A stretch of 64,000 bases of DNA from a virus (Duplodnaviria; Heunggongvirae; Uroviricota; Caudoviricetes), in the IMG/VR virus record IMGVR_UViG_3300017992_000015, positions 85,367 through 149,366 of that record. One strand, written 5' to 3'. The position numbers and the translations under genes are program-made. Of this stretch, positions 38,209 through 47,464 are shown in pieces. Below the pieces are notes generated by a model. That model was not told the DNA's origin. It did not search any database and worked only from the letters and a program-made list of their open reading frames with translations. Position 1 is the stretch's first letter; each line of letters opens with the position of its first letter.

Positions 38209-40529
38209 TAGTAGATCACCTCAACTGTGCGTACGTGAGCTACCCATCGCATGGAATCGGCTGGCGCTGCGCCAGCCACAGAGCGACGCACCTGGATACT
38301 GAGCGCGTCATAGGTAGTATTTGCTACTACTTGGCACTCATACAGCGTATCGTCGCTGTTGTCGATGACGTCGACAACCGCGTTCTTCAGTGTCATCGTT
38401 CCGCCGACGTTCTTGATGGCACCGGTGACACGCCAGTGGATTGTCTTGCTCTGCGCGTCGTTGGACCCGACAACGATCCCGTCGAATGTCCAGGTGGCGT
38501 TGGCTTTCAACACCATCCCGTTTGAACCTGTAAGATTGGCACCGCTAGGCGTCAGGTCGTACCAGGAATTGTTAATGTGATTCAACGCACGCCGAATAGT
38601 GTATTCGCTGGTCTGTGCATCGCCAGTGGCTGCAAAGCGCCCGGAAGCCCTCGCTCGCTGCCCGTAGTTGTAAGCGTCGCCGTAATAACCGCTCACCTGT
38701 GAGTAATCGGCACCAGACGAAATTGTGCAGTTGCTGCCAAGCACGTAACTGTGGTCGGCGGTGGTGATCGTGTTTTGCAGGCCACCCAGGATAACGGCGT
38801 AGTTCGAGCCGGTGTTGATGACATTGGTGTGCCCGCCAGCGACGACGCAGTACAACGCGTTGACGATGTGATCCGTACCGGAGCCGATGAACGTATAGTC
38901 GCCGCCAGTCTGGATCTCGTTGTCCAGCCCACCACCAATGACGCCATAATCAGCGTTGATGAGGTTCTGAGAGCCGCTGCCGATGAAGCAGTTGAAGGAG
39001 GCGTGCGTCGTTCCGATAGCGTTGGTCGCACCGGCGCAGATGGCATTTCGGTCGCTACCGACGCCGCCGATCGTGTTGCTGCTGCCGCAGCCGATGAAGT
39101 TGTAATCAGACTGGGCCGTCGTGATTACGTTGCTCTGCCCGCCGCAGATCGTATTGGAGTTGCCTGCGAAGATGTCGTTGCTAGACCCGCCGAGGATGCT
39201 GCATTGCCCGCCAGTGCCTACGTCATTCACGTTGCCGAAACAAACACCGTAGATAGAGGCACAGTCGTTCGTGTTTCCCGCGACGAGGGCACCATTGGCA
39301 GTCGCCGTGCAGTTGATGCCGTTGATGACCGTCGAATAGAAGGCCGAGAGCTGGTTGTTGTTGCCTTGCAGGATCAGCCCGTAGTCTCCCGAGCCCGTCA
39401 GATCATGCGAGAAGCCGTTCAGAACCGTGTTGAAGGAGCCCGTCGATGTCGCGACGATATTGCTGCCGTTGCCGATGAAACCGTAAGTCGCCGAGTCCAA
39501 GTTGCCGTTGTAGCCGCCGCAGATCACGTTGTAGTTGCCATCAGCTTTGTTGAGCTGCCCGCTGGCTATGAGACAGTAATCCGAAGCCGCTGTCGTCACG
39601 CCAATCTGGTTGACCTCTCCGCTGACGATGGCGTTGAACTCGCCTGTTGTCGCAGAGATGGTGTTCGTGCTGCCGCCGAGAATAACATGGTAACCCGCCA
39701 GCGAAGACGCAGCGATGTAGTTGGCATAGCCGCCCAGAATCGAGCTGTAGCTCTCGTCGACACGGTTGCGAGCACCGCCGACGATGACCGAATACGTCGC
39801 CGAGGCTACCTGCGTTGCCAGGGCACGGTCAGTCTGGAGGTCGACCGAGTTTTCACCACGGGCGTTACCTGCGACCGTGCCTTCGTTGGCTGCTTGGATG
39901 TCGTAGGTCGCGTCCGATCCTTGGACCGTGCCGCCACCGCCGCCAGCCAACGCATCGAGCTGTGACTGGATGTTGGACGTCGCGCCGTCCAGGTACGACA
40001 CCTCCGTCGGCGAGATCGTTGTCGGACCTGCCGCGGTGATGTTGTTGCTGTTCATGTCCAAGTCACCGCCCAACTGCGGGGTGGTGTCGGCGACGACCTG
40101 CGGAGCCGCCCAGCTAAGACCACCCGCGCCGTTGGACGTTGGGACTTGGTTCGCTGCTCCGGTGCTGGCTCCTATGTTGAACGTGTGTCCGTTCACGTCC
40201 AAGTCAGCACCGAGCTGAGGAGTAGTATCTTCCACGACGTTCTCAAGGTAGCTTCCGAGGTCAGTGATGTCCGACTCCGTGTGCGTATGCACGGTCGGAG
40301 CCTTACCATTCAGCTGTGTCTGGATGGCTGATGTGACGCCGGACAGGTAGCCCATCTCCGTAGGCGTGACGCCCTCGATATTGTTGCCGTTCATATCGAG
40401 ATCGCCGCCGAGTTGGGGCGTAGTGTCTTCGACCAGGTTGTTGATTCCCAACCCGGTGAAGTTCACCAGCGTACCGGCTGTGCCGATCGCTTCGATCTGA
40501 TTCGTTCTGTTGTTATAGTGCAGGGACAT
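38208..40529 (-). CDS. Fibre/adhesin-like protein, paralog 4
   Basis: Three DTTPQLG(G/A)DLD repeats, GNARGENSVDLQT, long GGxxN repeat tract, shared C-terminal domain. Confidence 0.82.
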   Translation of the reverse strand: MSLHYNNRTNQIEAIGTAGTLVNFTGLGINNLVEDTTPQLGGDLDMNGNNIEGVTPTEMGYLSGVTSAIQTQLNGKAPTVHTHTESDITDLGSYLENVVEDTTPQLGADLDVNGHTFNIGASTGAANQVPTSNGAGGLSWAAPQVVADTTPQLGGDLDMNSNNITAAGPTTISPTEVSYLDGATSNIQSQLDALAGGGGGTVQGSDATYDIQAANEGTVAGNARGENSVDLQTDRALATQVASATYSVIVGGARNRVDESYSSILGGYANYIAASSLAGYHVILGGSTNTISATTGEFNAIVSGEVNQIGVTTAASDYCLIASGQLNKADGNYNVICGGYNGNLDSATYGFIGNGSNIVATSTGSFNTVLNGFSHDLTGSGDYGLILQGNNNQLSAFYSTVINGINCTATANGALVAGNTNDCASIYGVCFGNVNDVGTGGQCSILGGSSNDIFAGNSNTICGGQSNVITTAQSDYNFIGCGSSNTIGGVGSDRNAICAGATNAIGTTHASFNCFIGSGSQNLINADYGVIGGGLDNEIQTGGDYTFIGSGTDHIVNALYCVVAGGHTNVINTGSNYAVILGGLQNTITTADHSYVLGSNCTISSGADYSQVSGYYGDAYNYGQRARASGRFAATGDAQTSEYTIRRALNHINNSWYDLTPSGANLTGSNGMVLKANATWTFDGIVVGSNDAQSKTIHWRVTGAIKNVGGTMTLKNAVVDVIDNSDDTLYECQVVANTTYDALSIQVRRSVAGAAPADSMRWVAHVRTVEVIY

Positions 40530-40531
40530 GT

Positions 40532-42313
40532 TTAGCCCTTAACCTGAGTAAGTTCTACTCGAGCCACGAATCTGACTGTCTTGCCTGCCTCACCCTTGCC
40601 GCGGATGTACAGCCGATAGTTGACTGCCCAGATGGTTGCATCGGCGTCCCACGTGCCCGCGGAGTCATCGGCAATGACCGTCTTGCTGACGGAGCCGATA
40701 AGCGACGGGTAGCTGACACCGGCAGGCCGACGCACGGCGTAGCTGAACTCCCACGCGGCACCCTCGCCGTCTACGTCTGTCCGACGCGCAACGACGTAGA
40801 CCTTCACCAGCCACGTCGTACTTTCCGGGATGACGAGCGTCGTGTTCGTGCCGGGAGTCTGGCCGCGGTATGCCAGTTCCGTGAGCGTTGCTGTGGTCAC
40901 ATCCTTCATCAGGATGTGTGTACTCCCTTGTGCTACGCCGCTGGCTGTGCCGTTGCCGTAGTGCAGCCCCTCGTGATCGCTGCGGCCGTAGTAGCCCAGT
41001 ACGATCGAGTGCGGCGACGAAGCTACGTTCAGGTACCCGGATACGAGAGCGTAGTTGGAGCTGTCGATGACCGAGTTGCCGTTGCCGCCGAGGACAGTGG
41101 CGTAATCGCCGCTGGTGATGTCGTTGTTGTACCCGCCGAGGATCGCACAGTAGTCCTGCAGTGCGACGATCTCATTGAGCTGTCCGCCAACGATACTCGA
41201 AGCGGTGATTGCTGCAGCGCCGGCCGAGCCCACGATGTTGTCGTGTCCCCCGACGATGACGCAGCCGCTCGCTGTGCCTCGCAGGAGGTTGGTGTCGCCG
41301 CCACCGAGGAAACTATACTGAGCGTTCTCGACAAGGGTATTTGCAAGACCGCCGCCGAGGAAGTTGTAGTCGCCGCCGCAGTAGTTGCTATTTCCGCCAA
41401 CGAGTACTGAGTAGATGGTGCCAAGCGAGCTGGCATCATCCATGTCGTTGCTAAAACCTCCAACGATCACATTGTGTCCGCCCGTCGAGTTGACGTGCGT
41501 CAGGTTGATCGTGTTCTGCCGGCCGCTGAAGATGGCACAGTGCGACGTGTAGCCGCCGCTGATCGTATTCTCTTGGCCGCCACCGATAACTGCGTGCGGT
41601 CCGCCGCTGATCGTGTGGTCTTGGCCGCCCAGGATGCTCTGGTAATCGCCCGTACCGGAGATGTCACTCGAGAAGCCGAGTACGACACAGTAAGCATTGC
41701 CCGCTGCTGTCGTATTGCTTCCGCACGCAACAAGCCCGCCACCGCCGGCTACCGTATGATTGAGGCCGCCAACCAGATTGCGGTTGCCAGATACAGTGTT
41801 CGTATCGCCGCCGATAAGGTTGTGCGTGCCGGAGACGGTGAGGGCGTAGCCGCCGAGAGCCGCGCTATAGTCGCCAGAGGCAGTATTGCGGCCTCCGCCA
41901 ACAATAACTGAGCCGGTGCCTGATGCAACTTGCGTTACTGCATTGCGATCAGTCTGGAGGTCGACCGAATTCTCGCCGCGGGCGTTGCCTGCGGTAGCGC
42001 CCTCGTCGGCCGCCTGGATATCGTAAGTCTCATCGACACCTTGGGTTGTTCCGCCGGCGTAATCCCAGGACGCACCGCCAGCGCCGTCAGAGACGACGGC
42101 CTGGCCAGCTAGCCCGGTGCCGCCACTGATCGAGAAGGTGTTGCCGTTGAGGTCGAGGTCACCACCCAACTGAGGAGTGGTGTCCTCGACCACGTTGGCA
42201 AGCTTTCCGTTGATCTGAGTCTGGATGGCGGAGGTAACACCGGACAGGTAGCTAATCTCTTCCGCCGTGACCAGTGTAAATCCATCATCCAGATTCCATG
42301 AGCGTTCAGCCAT
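40532..42313 (-). CDS. Fibre/adhesin-like protein, paralog 3
   Basis: EISYLSGVTSAIQTQ, DTTPQLGG, GNARGENSVDLQT, GGxxN tract, shared C-terminal domain. Confidence 0.82.
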   Translation of the reverse strand: MAERSWNLDDGFTLVTAEEISYLSGVTSAIQTQINGKLANVVEDTTPQLGGDLDLNGNTFSISGGTGLAGQAVVSDGAGGASWDYAGGTTQGVDETYDIQAADEGATAGNARGENSVDLQTDRNAVTQVASGTGSVIVGGGRNTASGDYSAALGGYALTVSGTHNLIGGDTNTVSGNRNLVGGLNHTVAGGGGLVACGSNTTAAGNAYCVVLGFSSDISGTGDYQSILGGQDHTISGGPHAVIGGGQENTISGGYTSHCAIFSGRQNTINLTHVNSTGGHNVIVGGFSNDMDDASSLGTIYSVLVGGNSNYCGGDYNFLGGGLANTLVENAQYSFLGGGDTNLLRGTASGCVIVGGHDNIVGSAGAAAITASSIVGGQLNEIVALQDYCAILGGYNNDITSGDYATVLGGNGNSVIDSSNYALVSGYLNVASSPHSIVLGYYGRSDHEGLHYGNGTASGVAQGSTHILMKDVTTATLTELAYRGQTPGTNTTLVIPESTTWLVKVYVVARRTDVDGEGAAWEFSYAVRRPAGVSYPSLIGSVSKTVIADDSAGTWDADATIWAVNYRLYIRGKGEAGKTVRFVARVELTQVKG

Positions 42314-42347
42314 GTTTAGGACCGAATTTTGTTCTTAGGAACAAATT

Positions 42348-44660
42348 TTAGCCAGTCGTCGACACCAGCCGGATGAAGGCCACCCAGTTGATGTTCTTCG
42401 CCGCCTGACCGGTAACCTCGATCTTCAACGATCCATTGGTCGTATCGGCCGACACGTCCGCATCCCACTGCGCCGTGTCCTCGATACGGTCTTTGCTCAC
42501 GCCATCGACCAGAGCTGTCGACGCGGCGTTGGTCTGGCGATCGATCACGCCGGCGAAGCGGTAGCCGGCCGACTCGCCGTCGACGTCCGTCCGGCGACCC
42601 ACGACGTAGACCTCGAACAGCGAGGTTGTGTCGTTCGGCAGGACGATCCGGTCGTCCGTTCCGTCAAGGAACAGCTCGGTGACCGTGGCGTCGGTCGTTT
42701 GGTTACGCGCGACCAGGGTGATGGTCTGTGCGTCGCCGGGGCTCGAGAACGCCCCACCAGCCTGGGCTCGCCCAGCATACAGGTCTGCCAGCGCGGCTTC
42801 GCCGCCAGCGAACGAGTTGATGGCCGTCGCCTTGTTGTCCGAACCGCCGAGCAACGAAGCGCCAACACCGCTGGCAACCTCGTCCGCGTTCGTGCGGCTG
42901 GTCTGCAAGTCGACCGAGTCCTCACCGCGGGCATTACCGTCGGGCGAGCCGTCGAGCCTCGCCTGGATGTCCCGAGTACCGTCGGTACCCTGAACCGTAC
43001 CAGAGTCGCCACCGGACTGATCTGCCCAGCTCATGCCGCCAACACCGTCCGAGACCAGAACTTGCTGATCCGCACCAGTGCCGGTGCCGTCATTGATCGA
43101 GTTGCCATTCAAGGCAAGGTCGCCACCGAGCTGCGGCGTGGTGTCTTCCACGACGTTCTCGAGGTACGACCCGAGGTCGGTGATGTCGGCTTCGGTGTGG
43201 GTGTGGCTCGTCGGAGCCTTACCGTTGAGCTGCGTTTGGATCGAGCTCGTGACGCCCGAGACGTAACCGATCTCTGTCGCGGTGACGCCCTCGATGTTGA
43301 ACGTCGACATGTCGAGGTTCCCGCCGAGGGTCGGCGACGTGTCGTGCGAAATGTCCAACGCGATCCATTCGGCGCTTCCGCCGGCAGCCGTCGCATTGAG
43401 GTAGGTGTTGGCCGCACCTGTCGAATCCGCGTTGTCCTGGATAGCCTGGTCCGCGAGGTCGAGCGTGCCGCCGAGTTCCGGCGTGGTGTCCTCGGACAGG
43501 TTCTTCAGGTACTGCGGGTGGTCGTCGTCGCCGAGACCGCCCAGGTTACCGTGGTCGACCGTTGCACCGATCTTGACCCAATCACCACCTGGGTGTGCGG
43601 CGTTGTAGACCTTTTGGGTATCCTCGGTTTCGTCCCAGCACGCCCAGCCTTCTTCCGGCGTACCGTAATCCCAGCTCGAGCCGTTCCACTCGGCGATCTT
43701 CTCGGCTGCGCTATCCGTCGACCACTGCCCGGTGGGCGTGTCGCCGACGATGTAACGATCGCCAGTCGTTGGCGATGCGGGCGGATCGTTCTGCTCGGCG
43801 ATGACCGGCTCCTGCCAGAACAGACCACCAGCGATTCCGTCGATCTGATCCTGGATGTTACTCGACGCGTTGTTCAAGTACGACATCTCTGTCGGCGAAA
43901 TCAGCGTTCCACCGGCATTGATGTTGTTGCCGTTCATGTCCAGGTCGCCGCCGAGTTGCGGAGACGTGTCATGCGAGATGTCCAGGGCTTGCCATGCGAC
44001 ACTTCCGCCAGCACCGGTCGCGTTGAGGTACTGGTTGGCAGTACCAGTCGACGCAGCGTTGTCTTGGAGGGCGTTGGAGTTGAAGTCCAACGTTCCGCCG
44101 AGCTGCGGCGTGGTGTCTTCGACCACGTTCTCCAGGTACGAACCCAGATCCGTGATGTCCGATTCCGTGTGCGTATGGCTCGCATTGGCCTTGCCGTTCA
44201 GCTGCGTCTGGATGTTCGACGTAACGCCGTCCAGATAGCTCACCTCAGTCGAGGAGATGGTCGTCGGACCCGCGGCAGTAATATCCTGCCCGTTCAGGTC
44301 AAGCGTGCCACCCAAGGTCGGCGACGTGTCCCAGCTGATGTCCAGCGAGGAGTACGACATCGTGCCGTCACCGTTCGAGATGACGAGCTGGTTGGCCGTA
44401 CCAGTTCCACCACTGATGGAGATGGCGCTGCCGTTCAAGTCGAGGTCGCCGCCCAACTGGGGCGTGGTATCCTCAACGAGGTTTTCCAGGTAGTTGCCCA
44501 AGTCCGTAATGTCGGACTCGGTGTGGGTGTGTGAAACCGGAGCCTTGCCGTCCAACTGCGTCTGGATATTCCCGGTAAGGTTCCGAAGATAGTCGAATTC
44601 CTGCGGCGTAACGCCAATCGGGAAATTCGCTGCATCGTAGGTGAAGGTCTTCTCAGCCAT
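42348..44660 (-). CDS. Fibre protein, paralog 2 (DUF2793-like module)
   Basis: Seven DT(T/S)PxLGG repeats, HTHTESDITDLG repeats, PPASPTTGDRYIV...IAEWNG...PEEGW (DUF2793-like), shared C-terminal domain. Confidence 0.82.
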   Translation of the reverse strand: MAEKTFTYDAANFPIGVTPQEFDYLRNLTGNIQTQLDGKAPVSHTHTESDITDLGNYLENLVEDTTPQLGGDLDLNGSAISISGGTGTANQLVISNGDGTMSYSSLDISWDTSPTLGGTLDLNGQDITAAGPTTISSTEVSYLDGVTSNIQTQLNGKANASHTHTESDITDLGSYLENVVEDTTPQLGGTLDFNSNALQDNAASTGTANQYLNATGAGGSVAWQALDISHDTSPQLGGDLDMNGNNINAGGTLISPTEMSYLNNASSNIQDQIDGIAGGLFWQEPVIAEQNDPPASPTTGDRYIVGDTPTGQWSTDSAAEKIAEWNGSSWDYGTPEEGWACWDETEDTQKVYNAAHPGGDWVKIGATVDHGNLGGLGDDDHPQYLKNLSEDTTPELGGTLDLADQAIQDNADSTGAANTYLNATAAGGSAEWIALDISHDTSPTLGGNLDMSTFNIEGVTATEIGYVSGVTSSIQTQLNGKAPTSHTHTEADITDLGSYLENVVEDTTPQLGGDLALNGNSINDGTGTGADQQVLVSDGVGGMSWADQSGGDSGTVQGTDGTRDIQARLDGSPDGNARGEDSVDLQTSRTNADEVASGVGASLLGGSDNKATAINSFAGGEAALADLYAGRAQAGGAFSSPGDAQTITLVARNQTTDATVTELFLDGTDDRIVLPNDTTSLFEVYVVGRRTDVDGESAGYRFAGVIDRQTNAASTALVDGVSKDRIEDTAQWDADVSADTTNGSLKIEVTGQAAKNINWVAFIRLVSTTG

Positions 44661-44689
44661 TAGAGTGATCTCCTTATCAAGGCTCTATG

Positions 44690-46408
44690 TTATGCGGTAA
44701 CCTCGACGGTACGCACAAAGGCCACCCATCGGATGTTCTTACCGACTTCTCCAGTTACTTCAATCTCGAGCGCGCCGTTGACCGTGTCGGCGGTCACGTC
44801 GGCGTCCCAAGCGGACACATCTTTATGAACTTCCTTGCCCACCCCGGCGACCAATGCGGTCGACGCGAGCGTGCCCCTCTGGTCGATTGCGCCGCGAAAC
44901 ATGAACGACGCCGACTCTTCAACTAGCGAACTGACGTTCCGGCCGACGATCAGGATCTCGAACATCCACGTCGTGTAGTTGTCGAGAACTGGCTTCGCCG
45001 ACGTCCCGTCGAGTGTGAGGATGACGGGGGATGCGTTGGTGGTGGTGCCGCGCATCACATAGGTACTGGCCTGCGCGTCACCGTTGACAGCGAAACTGCC
45101 CGCAGCCTGCGCGACCTGCCCGTACCGCTTAGCAACAGCCTGCTTACCTGCCAGTGTAGCAGAATTCTGCCCACTTGCGGTATTGCTGTCTCCGGCGAGC
45201 GTAGCTGCGCCCGCACCAGACGCCACTTCCGTGGCTCCCGTTCTGATCGTTTGCAGGTCAACCGACGACTCGCCGCGGGCGTTGCCACCCACACCGACAC
45301 CGGTGTTCGCCGACCGGATATTGTACGAATTGCCGTCGGTGCCCTGGACCGTGCCGCCCGAACCGGACGGAGTCAACCAGGACAACCCGCCGACGCCGTC
45401 GGACGTTGGGACCTGTCCGCTGAGTCCAGTGCTTCCACTGATGCTGAACGAATTGCCGTTCACATCGAGGTCGCCGCCCAGCTGCGGAGTCGCATCGTCG
45501 AGGACGTCCTGCATGTACTGCGGATGATCGTCATCGAGCAGCCCGGACAGCGAGCCGTGGTCCGTAGTCCCGCCGATGTCGACCCACGCCGCGCCGTTGT
45601 ACGTCTGTTGCTTGTCCTGGACCTGGTTCCACACCGCCCAACCGTCGGTCGGCGTGTAGAAGTCCCAGCCAGAGCCGTTCCATTCCGCAATGTCGTCTGC
45701 ACGGCCCGCCCACGCACCGGTTGGCGACGAACCGACGATGTATCGGTCACCGACTAGCGGCCCGCCGGGCGGCGTCGACAGCTGGTCAATCACAGGATCA
45801 CGCCAGGTCAAGCCCACGGACAAGCTATTGATCTGATCCTGGATGTTTGACGTAACACCGTCGAGGTAACTGATCTCAGTCGACGTGATCGTCGTTGGCC
45901 CGGCGGCGATGATGCTGTTGCCGTCCAACGTGAGGTTGCCGCCGAGTGTCGGCGCCAGGTCTTCGACGAGTGCCGTAAGGTAGTCGCCGAGGTCCGTGAT
46001 GTCAGCTTCTGTGTGCGTGTGCGTGACATTCGCTTTGCCGGCAAGCAGAATGTCTACTTCTGTTTCTGTGTAGTAGAGATCGTTGTGGTTGTGCGGATCG
46101 TCGGCTTTGCCTGCGAGCAGCGCGTCGACTTCCGTCTCAGTGTAGTAACGATCGTCGTGGATGTGCCCGACGTCAGACTTGCCGAGCAGGAGCGTGTCAA
46201 CTTCTGACTGTAGATAATAGAGAGAGTTGTGGTCGTGGACAGCTTCAGCCGCCCCGATCATCACGGTGGTGATGCCGTGCGGATTACCAGTCGTGTCGTC
46301 GACGTGGTCGGCTGACTTTATGAAGTTGAGATTGAGGGCTTGACCCGCGGAGTCCTCCGGGACCCCGTCGAAGATCCAGTAGCCCTTGTAGAGTGTACCA
46401 CCAGGCAT
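44690..46408 (-). CDS. Fibre protein, paralog 1 (DUF2793-like module)
   Basis: HxHDDRYYTETEVD repeats, DUF2793-like PPGGPLVGDRYIV...PTDGWAVW, GNARGESSVDLQT, shared C-terminal domain. AAGGAGG RBS. Confidence 0.82.
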   Translation of the reverse strand: MPGGTLYKGYWIFDGVPEDSAGQALNLNFIKSADHVDDTTGNPHGITTVMIGAAEAVHDHNSLYYLQSEVDTLLLGKSDVGHIHDDRYYTETEVDALLAGKADDPHNHNDLYYTETEVDILLAGKANVTHTHTEADITDLGDYLTALVEDLAPTLGGNLTLDGNSIIAAGPTTITSTEISYLDGVTSNIQDQINSLSVGLTWRDPVIDQLSTPPGGPLVGDRYIVGSSPTGAWAGRADDIAEWNGSGWDFYTPTDGWAVWNQVQDKQQTYNGAAWVDIGGTTDHGSLSGLLDDDHPQYMQDVLDDATPQLGGDLDVNGNSFSISGSTGLSGQVPTSDGVGGLSWLTPSGSGGTVQGTDGNSYNIRSANTGVGVGGNARGESSVDLQTIRTGATEVASGAGAATLAGDSNTASGQNSATLAGKQAVAKRYGQVAQAAGSFAVNGDAQASTYVMRGTTTNASPVILTLDGTSAKPVLDNYTTWMFEILIVGRNVSSLVEESASFMFRGAIDQRGTLASTALVAGVGKEVHKDVSAWDADVTADTVNGALEIEVTGEVGKNIRWVAFVRTVEVTA

Positions 46409-46440
46409 CTGAGCCTCCTTGCTTACACCATGGTAATTAC

Positions 46441-46469
46441 AGTATAGAGGAGCGGCCCTCGGTGGCCAA
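46441..46469 (-). promoter_or_regulatory. Sigma-70-like promoter for the fibre array
   Basis: Minus strand TTGGCC-N17-TATACT immediately after a terminator and 33 nt before the first fibre ATG. Confidence 0.55.
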
Positions 46470-46477
46470 GCCTAATG

Positions 46478-46510
46478 AAAAAGGCGGCGGAGAAGGGGTC
46501 CTCCGCCGCC
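46478..46510 (-). terminator. Rho-independent terminator ending the head operon
   Basis: GGCGGCGGAG-8 nt-CTCCGCCGCC followed by TTTTT on the minus strand. Confidence 0.8.
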
Positions 46511-46541
46511 CTTTAAGCGCTATGCCTACTGCAAGCAGGGT

Positions 46542-46904
46542 CTAGCACGAGATCGCTTCCGAGCTGTAAGCGCCCCAGCACGGATCAGCGGCAGCAAAGC
46601 TGCCATTGTCCAGCGTGAGGATCTTGGTCTCGTCGAGCGTATCGTCGAACAGATGCACTGCCGGCGTGTTGACGACGACAAGGTAGTCGTTGTCCAACGC
46701 GTACTCCAGGGAGCGACGCTCTCGCTCATTCGGCGTAAACCGCGTGAGCCAGTGTTGAATGTCGCCCCAGACCGCAAGTTCTTCGCCACAGGCCATCCGC
46801 TTTCCGTGCGGAGGCAAGAAGCCGTAGAACTTCTCGGACGCAGCGATGTTGCGAACCGTACTGTAAAGACAGGCGGTCGCCGGATTGGCTTCATTGATGG
46901 CCAT
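46542..46904 (-). CDS. Hypothetical virion protein
   Basis: 120 aa, last gene of the head module. Confidence 0.65.
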   Translation of the reverse strand: MAINEANPATACLYSTVRNIAASEKFYGFLPPHGKRMACGEELAVWGDIQHWLTRFTPNERERRSLEYALDNDYLVVVNTPAVHLFDDTLDETKILTLDNGSFAAADPCWGAYSSEAISC

Positions 46905-46973
46905 TTGTCACATCCCTGTATATGCAAAGGGTTTGTTGGTAAAGGTCAAGCGACTCGGTGGTCGCCCCGGCTG

Positions 46974-47366
46974 CTACTCTGCGGCCGGTTGCTCGTCGGC
47001 AAGTTCGCCGCCCGACACGGTGTGCGCGTAAATCAGCGCAGCGTTTCGAGCGAGTTCACTCTCTCCGACGAGTTGGTCTGCGGACTGCTTGACGTAGTCG
47101 TCCACATTCGGAGCCGATTGCGGGGCGAAGCGTTGCAGCATGTCCGTCAAGAACGGGTTCTCGGCGGAAGCTTGCTTCACTTGGCCTTGCTGCGCAGCTT
47201 CGGCAAGCACGGCGCCGAGTTGAAGCAGCTGCTTCGCTTCTGCGTCGTTCCGAGGCTCCACACCGTGGGCTGCCAGCTTCTCGAAGAAAGCCGGAACGTG
47301 GATCCGGTCAAGCATATAGGACTGAGCCTGGAGGGCTTGGTCCTGAGTCGGAAGATTGGTACTCAT
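46974..47366 (-). CDS. Hypothetical head-module protein
   Basis: 130 aa, acidic, carries EKLA and VKQA motifs. Confidence 0.7.
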   Translation of the reverse strand: MSTNLPTQDQALQAQSYMLDRIHVPAFFEKLAAHGVEPRNDAEAKQLLQLGAVLAEAAQQGQVKQASAENPFLTDMLQRFAPQSAPNVDDYVKQSADQLVGESELARNAALIYAHTVSGGELADEQPAAE

Positions 47367-47412
47367 TTGTTTTCCGTTCCGGATTGGGGTTCAAGGTTGA
47401 TCCACAGGTCCC

Positions 47413-47443
47413 GCCTCCCGGGGTTTACAAAGCCCCGGGAGGC
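47413..47443. terminator. 11-bp GC hairpin without U-tract after the major capsid gene
   Basis: GCCTCCCGGGG-9 nt-CCCCGGGAGGC, 21 nt past the MCP stop. Confidence 0.55.
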
Positions 47444-47464
47444 AAGCCACGGAAAGGGATTCGA

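Noticed and set aside
37165-46408. Near-identical segments among fibre genes as a DGR template/variable repeat pair
   Set aside because: Differences are not adenine-specific, fall mostly at synonymous positions, and no reverse transcriptase is in the window.
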